DNA of 12,164 nt from an uncultured bacterium (GTDB lineage Bacteria; Schekmanbacteria; GWA2-38-11; J061): positions 1 to 12,164 of the forward strand of contig CAZJVM010000075.1 of the NCBI GenBank assembly GCA_964549305.1. Reading direction: 5' to 3'. Of the stretch, positions 1-6,894 are shown piece after piece; within the stretch, counting starts at the first letter, position 1, and every line of letters begins with the position of its first letter. The notes beneath the pieces are model-generated. The model saw nothing but the letters and a program-made list of their open reading frames with translations. It searched no databases and was not told the DNA's origin. Position numbers and translations under genes: made by a program.

Positions 1-68
1 TTCGCCTCGAAGGAAGAAACTACGAAGTGCGTGACGGCGACATTATCAATTTCAAATTCAATGTGTAA
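1..68 (+). CDS. ychF: 3' end of ribosome-binding ATPase YchF (Obg-family), partial
   Basis: The frame starting at base 3 reads RLEGRNYEVRDGDIINFKFNV* (TAA 66-68), matching the characteristic YchF C-terminus RLEGKxYxVxDGDxxxFxFNV. Translated by hand; not in the ORF track. Confidence 0.9.
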   Translation, partial: RLEGRNYEVRDGDIINFKFNV

Positions 69-102
69 CAGTGGCAGTGCCTCTTCGCCTGCTGTCTGTT
101 AC
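65..102 (+). terminator. Stem-loop immediately after the ychF stop; possible atypical terminator or 3' stability hairpin
   Basis: GTAACAG (65-71) pairs with CTGTTAC (96-102). TGGCAG (72-77) pairs with CTGCTG (89-94) using two G-U pairs. No U-tract follows, so this is not a canonical intrinsic terminator. Confidence 0.35.
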
Positions 103-140
103 GAGATTATAAAAAAATCCACAATATATTCCCACTAATA

Positions 141-149
141 TGTTATAGT
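141..149 (+). promoter_or_regulatory. Candidate extended -10 promoter (TG-T-TATAGT) for the lipoprotein/oxidoreductase pair
   Basis: TG at 141-142 and TATAGT at 144-149 in an AT-rich intergenic stretch, about 80 bp upstream of ATG 227. No convincing -35 element. Confidence 0.35.
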
Positions 150-226
150 TCTAACTAGATTTTTCTACTGTATTCTTTTGCCGGGAATGCAGGATATCCG
201 TGCACCTGAAATGCTTAGGGTAAAAT

Positions 227-733
227 ATGAGAAAAATATTTCAGAGTATTTTTATCCTTCTGGTATTTACCGCTTGTCTGTCCGAAAGAGAACCGCTTCC
301 CCCGCTGAATACGCCTAAAACAATTGCGGGGCTTAATATGAGCAAGGTCAAAATGGGAAGACCGGCACTGAAAGTGTTGTACAGTCTTCACGGAAGAAGC
401 GTCGAGATAATTAACGGTTATGTTGCATCTTATTCTGACGGGGAAAATGAGGTTACCGTTTACTATTCCGAAGCACGTGATAATGAAAGCGCCGATAAAT
501 TGATTGAAAGGATGGTTGAAAAAATTGAAGACGGAAACAAATTCTTTACAGATTTGAAAAGTAAAAATCTGGGTTCATTCCCGCTGTATTCGGTAACAGG
601 AATGGGACAGGAACACTATTTTTTTGAAAACGGAAAAAGAATTGTCTGGATTGCGGGAGACAACGCGGTGATTGAAAGGGCATTGTCAGATTGCCTTGTT
701 TTTCTTGCTAAGGAGAAAATGAAAAAGAAATGA
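227..733 (+). CDS. Uncharacterised predicted lipoprotein, 168 aa
   Basis: Basic N-terminus (MRK), hydrophobic core and lipobox-like F-T-A-C with Cys17 (TGT 275-277), then a Pro-rich linker and a globular domain (LHG..., GMGQEHYFF, IVWIA). The stop overlaps the next start (ATGA 730-733). Confidence 0.75.
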   Translation: MRKIFQSIFILLVFTACLSEREPLPPLNTPKTIAGLNMSKVKMGRPALKVLYSLHGRSVEIINGYVASYSDGENEVTVYYSEARDNESADKLIERMVEKIEDGNKFFTDLKSKNLGSFPLYSVTGMGQEHYFFENGKRIVWIAGDNAVIERALSDCLVFLAKEKMKKK

Positions 734-1716
734 AATGCGTTGCCATTAAAAAACAGGGAAAAGAAATAGAAAACCTCGTTATAGAGGAAAGAGATTCATT
801 AATACCGGAAGCGAATGAAATTAAAGTGCGTGTCGCGGCAACGGCGCTAAACCGCGCCGACCTTCTTCAGCGAAGAGGTCTTTATCCCGCGCCTCAGGAT
901 ACAGTTCAGGATATTCCCGGACTTGAGTATGCGGGCGTAGTCGATGAAGTCGGGAAAGATGTGACTCTCTGGAAGGGCGGTGAGAAGGTTTTCGGGATTG
1001 TATCGGGAGGCGCTTATGCTGAGGAAATTGTAGTCCACGAAAAAATGGCGGTGAAGATACCCGATGCACTCAGTCTGGAAGAAGCGGCCGGGGTTCCTGA
1101 AGCATTCATTACCGCTCACGATGCGCTTCGTACTCAGGGAGGAATGAAGGAGGGTGATACAGTCCTTGTCCATTCTGCCGGGGGAGGTGTTGGAAGCGCG
1201 GCGCTACAGCTTGTAAATCTTTTCTCGGGGAAAGCAATCGGGACTGCGGGAAGTGATGAAAAAATTGATAAAATTAAAGAATTAACGGACTTTTTCCCGG
1301 TCAATTATAAAAATGATGATTTTAAGAAAGTCATAGAATCCCGTTTCGGCAAAAACTCTGTTTCAGTCATATTGGATACAGTGGGGGCAAGCTATTGGAG
1401 TAAAAATCTTTCATTATTAACAAAGAAAGGCACACTTGTCCTTGTGGGCGTAATGGGGGGAGTTAAAGCGGAAACGAATCTTTCCCTTATTTTAAGCAAA
1501 CGTCTTCATATTGTGGGCACGGTTTTGCGCTCGCGCCCCCTTGATGAGAAGATTGCCGCAACTGAGGCATTTTCGAGGGAAGTTGTCCGGCATTTTGAGA
1601 ACGGGAAGTTAAAGCCGGTAATAGACAGTATTTTTCCCTGTGAAAAGATTTATGAAGCCACAGAGCGAATGGAAAAAAACGAGAATATTGGTAAAATAAT
1701 TTTATCATTCAAATAG
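730..1716 (+). CDS. NAD(P)H:quinone oxidoreductase, PIG3/zeta-crystallin type (Zn-independent MDR superfamily), 328 aa
   Basis: Motifs LNRADLLQRRGLYPAP, PGLEYAG, GGAYAE, PEAFITA, nucleotide-binding HSAGGGVGSAA, GTVLRSRP and C-terminal NIGKIIL. No catalytic or structural Zn-cysteine set. Confidence 0.9.
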   Translation: MKCVAIKKQGKEIENLVIEERDSLIPEANEIKVRVAATALNRADLLQRRGLYPAPQDTVQDIPGLEYAGVVDEVGKDVTLWKGGEKVFGIVSGGAYAEEIVVHEKMAVKIPDALSLEEAAGVPEAFITAHDALRTQGGMKEGDTVLVHSAGGGVGSAALQLVNLFSGKAIGTAGSDEKIDKIKELTDFFPVNYKNDDFKKVIESRFGKNSVSVILDTVGASYWSKNLSLLTKKGTLVLVGVMGGVKAETNLSLILSKRLHIVGTVLRSRPLDEKIAATEAFSREVVRHFENGKLKPVIDSIFPCEKIYEATERMEKNENIGKIILSFK

Positions 1717-1760
1717 TTAGTCATAAAAGCCCGTCTACCGGCAAATAAGTATTTTTTGCT

Positions 1761-1819
1761 TATAATTGAATATACTTACATAAAAACTCCTTGATTAATT
1801 CAATCTGATATGCTATTCG
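1761..1819 (+). promoter_or_regulatory. Candidate sigma70-type promoter region of the nuo operon
   Basis: Perfect TATAAT at 1761-1766 with a poor -35. Separately, TTGATT (1791-1796), a 17-bp spacer and TATTCG (1814-1819) preceded by TG (1811-1812). Lies in the 149-bp AT-rich gap before nuoA. Confidence 0.4.
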
Positions 1820-1865
1820 ACGCCCGTTTTGTTTAATGGATGTTGTTATTTATTGAGCCGGATGA

Positions 1866-2261
1866 ATGATGGAAATCTTTTCAAATTTTAATGAATACCG
1901 CTCAATCAGCGAGTATATCCCGATTTTACTTCTTCTGCTTGCGGCAATTGCATTTGCCATAGGGACGCTGGTTGTGGCGCTTATCGTGCGCCCGAACAAT
2001 CCCAGCAACGAGAAACTGAGCACTTACGAGTGCGGAATCGAGCCTGCAACGGAAGATGCAAGAGGTGCTTACAGCGTAAGATATTTTCTCGTTGCCGTGC
2101 TTTTTATCATTTTTGACGTTGAAACCATTTTTCTTTTTCCCTGGGCGGTAATTTATAACAAAATATCCTATTTCGGCTTTGTGGAAATGATGATTTTTAT
2201 ATTCATACTGCTCGTGGGTTATTTCTATGCGTGGAGAAAAGGAGCTCTTGAATGGGTATAA
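1866..2261 (+). CDS. nuoA: NADH-quinone oxidoreductase subunit A (start may be 1869)
   Basis: Three hydrophobic segments and motifs [23 protein letters not shown] and [10 protein letters not shown]. Confidence 0.96.
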   Translation: MMEIFSNFNEYRSISEYIPILLLLLAAIAFAIGTLVVALIVRPNNPSNEKLSTYECGIEPATEDARGAYSVRYFLVAVLFIIFDVETIFLFPWAVIYNKISYFGFVEMMIFIFILLVGYFYAWRKGALEWV

Positions 2262-2749
2262 TCGAAAACAGATTCGGTCCCAATGTACTGATTACTTCCA
2301 CTGATTACGTTTTCAACTGGGCAAGAAAATCGGCACTCTGGGGCGTCACATTCGGGCTTGCCTGCTGCGCGATTGAAATGATGGCAGCGGGAGCGGCACG
2401 CTACGATTTTTTCGAAAGGTCAGGAATGCTCTTCAGGGCGTCTCCGAGGCAGTCTGATATGATGATTATCGCGGGCACCGTTACCAAGAAAATGGCGCCT
2501 GTCATTAAAAAACTATACGACCAGATGCCCGACCCGAAATGGGTTGTGTCTATGGGCGCCTGTGCCAATACGGGCGGAATATTTCCCACATACAGCGTTG
2601 TGCAGGGAGTGGACAAAATAATACCGGTGGATGTTTATATTCCCGGCTGTCCCCCACGGCCCGAAGCCCTTTGCCACGGACTGATGATGCTGCAGGATAA
2701 AATTGACAAGATGACTATTGCGAGGAGAAAAGAAGCTGATGGGCAGTGA
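2252..2749 (+). CDS. nuoB: NADH-quinone oxidoreductase subunit B (N2 cluster)
   Basis: [25 protein letters not shown] and [10 protein letters not shown] supply all four N2 cysteine ligands. SD AAGGAG at 2239-2244. Confidence 0.97.
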   Translation: MGIIENRFGPNVLITSTDYVFNWARKSALWGVTFGLACCAIEMMAAGAARYDFFERSGMLFRASPRQSDMMIIAGTVTKKMAPVIKKLYDQMPDPKWVVSMGACANTGGIFPTYSVVQGVDKIIPVDVYIPGCPPRPEALCHGLMMLQDKIDKMTIARRKEADGQ

Positions 2750-3203
2750 AAGTCTTGCAGAGCGTTTGGCTGAAAAATTCGGTGACGCGGTAGAGAGCGT
2801 GCCTCCTTTGAGAGACCTCGAGAGCGAAACTACATTCAAGGTGAAAGCGTCGAGGATTGTGGATATATGCCTTTACCTCAAGAATGAGGAAAAATTCAAT
2901 TTTCTTTCAGACCTTTGCGGCGTCCACTATCCTGAAAACGACAAAAAATTCGAAGTGGTGTACCACCTTTTTTCCATTGATAACAATAAAAGACTGAGAA
3001 TAAAAGCGCCTCTGGGCCAGGGCGAGAGCATCGCCTCCGTTACCGGTGTGTGGGAAACGGCAAACTGGCACGAAAGAGAGTGCTACGATATGTTGGGAAT
3101 AAACTTTTCGGGACATCCCGACCTTCGGCGCATTCTTCTGCCGGATGATTTTACGGGACATCCTTTGAGAAAAGATTTTCCCTACAGGAGTGAAGATGCC
3201 TGA
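2739..3203 (+). CDS. nuoC: NADH-quinone oxidoreductase subunit C, short form (154 aa)
   Basis: [44 protein letters not shown] and [12 protein letters not shown] 2739 (AGGAG at 2723-2727) is preferred over the TTG at 2718 used in the ORF track. Confidence 0.95.
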   Translation: MGSESLAERLAEKFGDAVESVPPLRDLESETTFKVKASRIVDICLYLKNEEKFNFLSDLCGVHYPENDKKFEVVYHLFSIDNNKRLRIKAPLGQGESIASVTGVWETANWHERECYDMLGINFSGHPDLRRILLPDDFTGHPLRKDFPYRSEDA

Positions 3204-4320
3204 AGAAGTGAAAGATAACGGCGGTTTCAAAACCGAAGAAATAATCGTCAATATGGGACCACAGCACCCAAGCACCCACGGCGTGCTTCGTCTCATACTT
3301 ACCCTTGACGGCGAAGTCGTGAAAGACAGCGAAGTTGTAGTTGGATATCTTCACCGCGGTGTGGAAAAACTCTGCGAGCAGAGAGATTACAGGCAGAATG
3401 TGGTCTATACCGACCGTCTCGATTATGTTGCCTCGATGAGCAACAATCTTGCCTATGTGCTTGCCGTGGAAAAGCTTATGGGCATTGAAATTCCCGAGCG
3501 CGCGGACTACATAAGGGTGCTCGTTACGGAATTGCAGAGAATAGCGAGCCATCTTCTGTGGCTCGGCACTCACGCAATGGATATAGGGGCGGTAACTGTT
3601 TTCCTTTACTGCTTCAGGGAGAGGGAGGATATCCTCGACCTTTTTGAAATGCTCAGCGGCGCGCGCCTTACATATAACTATATAAATGTAGGCGGAGTTG
3701 CCGCGGATTTGCCCGACGGTTTCAGGGAAAGAGCACAGAAATTCCTTGACGATTTCCCCGGGCATATCGGGGAATACGAACAGTTGTTGAGTAAAAACAG
3801 GATGTGGCTTGACAGAACCGTGGATGTGGGAATCATCTGCGCGGAGGACGCAATTGATTTGGGTTTGAGCGGTCCGAGTCTCAGAGGGTCCGGTGTTAAA
3901 TGGGATATAAGGAAAGCCCAACCCTACTCCATATATGATCGTTTTGATTTTCAGGTACCAATAGGGTCAAAGGGCGACACTTACGACAGATATATCATCA
4001 GAATGGAAGAGATGAGACAAAGCGTGAAGATTGCGAAGGATGCCCTTTCGCGCATTCCCGAAGGCGAGATTATGGCAAAAGTTCCAAGAATAATAAAACC
4101 GCCCGCAGGCGAGGTTTATCATTCAATAGAAGCGCCTAAAGGCGAATTGGGATTTTATATCGTAAGCGACGGCAGTGACAAGCCATACAGGGTCAAGGTC
4201 AGGCCTCCTTCATTTGTAAATCTTGAATCATTCGGAAAAATGGTAAAGGGACATCTTGTCGCCGATGTCATAGCCGTAATAGGCACTCTCGATATCGTAC
4301 TCGGAGAGGTGGACAGATAA
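3196..4320 (+). CDS. nuoD: NADH-quinone oxidoreductase subunit D, short form (374 aa)
   Basis: NMGPQHPSTHGVLRL, GYLHRGVEK, DRLDY, EAPKGELG and C-terminal DIVLGEVDR. The quinone-site His and Tyr are present and NiFe CxxC motifs are absent. ATG 3196 follows AGGAG (3186-3190), so it is preferred over GTG 3190. Confidence 0.97.
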   Translation: MPEEVKDNGGFKTEEIIVNMGPQHPSTHGVLRLILTLDGEVVKDSEVVVGYLHRGVEKLCEQRDYRQNVVYTDRLDYVASMSNNLAYVLAVEKLMGIEIPERADYIRVLVTELQRIASHLLWLGTHAMDIGAVTVFLYCFREREDILDLFEMLSGARLTYNYINVGGVAADLPDGFRERAQKFLDDFPGHIGEYEQLLSKNRMWLDRTVDVGIICAEDAIDLGLSGPSLRGSGVKWDIRKAQPYSIYDRFDFQVPIGSKGDTYDRYIIRMEEMRQSVKIAKDALSRIPEGEIMAKVPRIIKPPAGEVYHSIEAPKGELGFYIVSDGSDKPYRVKVRPPSFVNLESFGKMVKGHLVADVIAVIGTLDIVLGEVDR

Positions 4321-5486
4321 TGGATGTAATAATAAGAGACATTGTCACCGCGCTTATAAAAATTGTTGTAGTAATGGGTGTAGTCGCTCTCGGCGTGGCG
4401 TATACGGCATATCTCGAAAGGAAGGTCTGCGCGTGGATTCAGTCGCGCCTCGGACCGATGAGGGTGGGGTATCACGGCATACTTCAGCCCATAGCTGACG
4501 GACTCAAGCTGTTCATAAAAGAAGACATCATTCCAATGAAGGCGGATAAGATTCTCTTTTATCTCTGCCCCGTAATCTGCCTTATTCCGGCATTCACTGT
4601 GCTTGCCGTAATTCCCTGGTCCCCTGATTTTTACATTACGGATATCAATGTGGGTCTTCTCTATATATTTGCCGTTTCATCATTGGGAGTATTCGGGCTT
4701 GTAATGGCAGGATGGGCTTCAAACAGCAAATACCCACTGCTTGGCGGGCTTCGTTCCGCTGCTCAGATGGTCAGTTATGAAGTTTCGATAGGGCTGTCGG
4801 TAATAGGTGTGCTTATCTTTGCCCAGTCCCTTTCGATGGTTGAAATAATAGAAAAACAGGCGCAGTCAGGTGTGTGGTTTGTATTTTTACAGCCACTGGG
4901 TTTTGTACTCTACATGGTTTGCGCCCTTGCGGAAACAAACAGACTTCCCTTTGACCTTCCCGAAGCTGAAACCGAGCTTGTGGCAGGTTATCAGACGGAA
5001 TACAGCGGAATGAAGTTTGCGTTCTTCTATCTCGCGGAATATATGAATATGATTGTCGTCTCGGCAATAGGCGTAACGCTGTTTCTCGGCGGATGGGGAA
5101 GTCCTCTCGGATTTCTCAACATTCAGATACCCGAAAGCGTCGGAGTGCTGAAGCCCATTCTTGACGGGGCTATTCCAGCTTTCTGGTTTTGCCTCAAAAT
5201 AGTGGCAATACTCTTCGTTTTTATATGGATAAGATGGACTTTCCCGAGATACCGCTATGACCAGTTGATGCACATCGGGTGGAAGATGCTTCTGCCTCTC
5301 ACGCTCGCGAATATAGTTTTTGCGGGAGTGGAGCATTTCTTTTATGAAAAGTACGACTGGTATATTTTTTATCCTGTAGTTTGGATAATTACGGCTCTCA
5401 TCATAGTCCTTTCATTCAAGTTTATAAAAAATTTTGAAAATTACTGCATTTCAAGAAGAAGCACTGAAGAGGAAAATGCTTTTTAG
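4320..5486 (+). CDS. nuoH: NADH-quinone oxidoreductase subunit H with C-terminal extension
   Basis: YLERK...QSRLGPMRVG, QPIADGLKLFIKED, LRSAAQMVSYE, AETNRLPFDLPEAETELVAGY and PRYRYDQLM. The start overlaps the nuoD stop (TAATG). Confidence 0.97.
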   Translation: MDVIIRDIVTALIKIVVVMGVVALGVAYTAYLERKVCAWIQSRLGPMRVGYHGILQPIADGLKLFIKEDIIPMKADKILFYLCPVICLIPAFTVLAVIPWSPDFYITDINVGLLYIFAVSSLGVFGLVMAGWASNSKYPLLGGLRSAAQMVSYEVSIGLSVIGVLIFAQSLSMVEIIEKQAQSGVWFVFLQPLGFVLYMVCALAETNRLPFDLPEAETELVAGYQTEYSGMKFAFFYLAEYMNMIVVSAIGVTLFLGGWGSPLGFLNIQIPESVGVLKPILDGAIPAFWFCLKIVAILFVFIWIRWTFPRYRYDQLMHIGWKMLLPLTLANIVFAGVEHFFYEKYDWYIFYPVVWIITALIIVLSFKFIKNFENYCISRRSTEEENAF

Positions 5487-5501
5487 CTGACAGGGGTCTT
5501 A

Positions 5502-6053
5502 ATGAAAATGGATGATTATATTGTAATTTCACGTGAGAACGCGGAGAGGAAGGAAGAACTTTGGTATGACTTCTTTCAGGATTTGCGCTCAGGATTTGAA
5601 GTTACGCTGAAATATATGTTCAGCCGCAAGGTTACAATGCAGTATCCCTATGAAAAATCGACTAAGGAGTGGGAAATACCTGAAAGTTGGAGAGGACTTC
5701 ACGGGCATGCGCTCAAGGAGGACGGGTCTTTAAAATGCATAGGTTGCGGTCTTTGCGCGAGAGTTTGCCCCGACGGTTGCATTACCATAGAAACTGAGGG
5801 GAAGGGGAAGGACAAAAAGATAACTGTTTTCACTGTTGACCTTTCAAGATGTTCCTTTTGCGGATTGTGTTTCAAGTCCTGTCCCGTTGACGCAATACTG
5901 CCTACGGAAGAATATGAACTTTCCTGCGGAAGCAGAGAAAATTTCGTGTATCCCCTTAACAAGCTTATTGAAAACTGGGAAAAGAGCAAGAAGAGCAAAA
6001 CCGTGAAACCGGAAATCAAGGAAGAAGAGACGGAGGCAGAGGAGAAAAAATAA
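5502..6053 (+). CDS. nuoI: NADH-quinone oxidoreductase subunit I (2x[4Fe-4S])
   Basis: VTMQYP...WRGLH, CIGCGLCARVCP (5736-5771) and CSFCGLCFKSCP (5850-5885); position between nuoH and nuoJ. Confidence 0.95.
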   Translation: MKMDDYIVISRENAERKEELWYDFFQDLRSGFEVTLKYMFSRKVTMQYPYEKSTKEWEIPESWRGLHGHALKEDGSLKCIGCGLCARVCPDGCITIETEGKGKDKKITVFTVDLSRCSFCGLCFKSCPVDAILPTEEYELSCGSRENFVYPLNKLIENWEKSKKSKTVKPEIKEEETEAEEKK

Positions 6054-6574
6054 TGGAATCTTTAACTTTATCTGCTATGGCAAATTACGGTATTTTCTTT
6101 TTCCTTGCCGCTCTTACTCTCTTTTCCGCGATTATGGTCATTACGCGCGAGGAGATAGTACACAGCGCGCTTTATCTCGTGCTTACATTTTTTTCCGTTG
6201 CGGGAATTTACATACAGCTTAAGGCGCAGTTTCTCGCGGCAGTGCAGGTGCTTGTCTATGCAGGCGGAATAATGGTGCTCTATCTTTTTGTAATTCTTCT
6301 TGTTAACAAACGTGTGGGGGAAATAGCGCGCCCGCAGACGTCATTCAAGTTTCTTGCCGCTGTTATAGGTGTAACGCTTTTTCTGGAGTTTGTTTATATC
6401 TTCATAGAATCGGGCAAAAAAATTGCTTCGCTCGTATCGGGCTCTTTTTTCGAGGGCACCATAGAGAATGTGGGCGTTATGCTTTATACGAAATATATCT
6501 TTCAGTTTGAGCTTGTATCGGTTGTCCTTCTCGCGGCGATGGTAGGGGCGATAGTGCTCAGCAGAAAAATTTAG
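6053..6574 (+). CDS. nuoJ: NADH-quinone oxidoreductase subunit J
   Basis: VHSALYL, AQFLAAVQVLVYAGGIMVLYLFVILL and FELVSVVLLAAMVGAIVL. TAATG overlap with nuoI. Confidence 0.96.
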   Translation: MESLTLSAMANYGIFFFLAALTLFSAIMVITREEIVHSALYLVLTFFSVAGIYIQLKAQFLAAVQVLVYAGGIMVLYLFVILLVNKRVGEIARPQTSFKFLAAVIGVTLFLEFVYIFIESGKKIASLVSGSFFEGTIENVGVMLYTKYIFQFELVSVVLLAAMVGAIVLSRKI

Positions 6575-6585
6575 GAGAATAATTT

Positions 6586-6888
6586 ATGATTCCTTTAAGC
6601 TGGTATCTTTTACTTAGCGCGCTTCTATTTATTGTAGGGGCAATCGGAGTCATTACGAGAAAGAACGCGCTCATAATATTAATGTCACTCGAATTGATGC
6701 TTAACTCCGCGGCAATAAATTTCATTGCCTTCTCGAGTTATCTTCGCGACGTTGCGGGGCAGATATTCGTGATAATGATAATTACGATTGCCGCGTCTGA
6801 GGCGGCTATAGGTCTTGCCATCATTATTTCGATGTTCAGAAATAAGGGAAGCGTGAACCTCGATGATTACGGAGTTTTAAAGGGATAA
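6586..6888 (+). CDS. nuoK: NADH-quinone oxidoreductase subunit K
   Basis: 100 aa; RKNALIILMSLELMLN and IAASEAAIGLAI retain both conserved glutamates. SD AGGAG upstream. Confidence 0.97.
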   Translation: MIPLSWYLLLSALLFIVGAIGVITRKNALIILMSLELMLNSAAINFIAFSSYLRDVAGQIFVIMIITIAASEAAIGLAIIISMFRNKGSVNLDDYGVLKG

Positions 6889-6894
6889 AACACT

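Noticed and set aside
69-226. Riboswitch or ncRNA in the ychF-lipoprotein gap
   Set aside because: I could not match consensus elements of riboswitch classes I know (Moco/Wco, fluoride, c-di-GMP, TPP, SAM, cobalamin). An Rfam/Infernal scan would be decisive.
1791-1804. Canonical FNR box
   Set aside because: FNR needs TTGAT-N4-ATCAA. Here the spacing is one base short with a mismatch, so it is kept only as a generic palindrome.
2747-3203. TGA stops of nuoB and nuoC as selenocysteine or readthrough sites, or a nuoBCD fusion
   Set aside because: Each TGA falls at the expected protein end and overlaps a downstream gene in a different frame that has its own SD and start codon.
3196-4320. Group 4 [NiFe]-hydrogenase (Ech/Hyc/Mbh) large subunit, or Mbx/Mbs-type complex
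   Set aside because: Both Ni-binding CxxC motifs are absent (DRLDY and DIVLGEVDR instead), the quinone-site residues are present, and nuoA/J/K with canonical nuo order are present.
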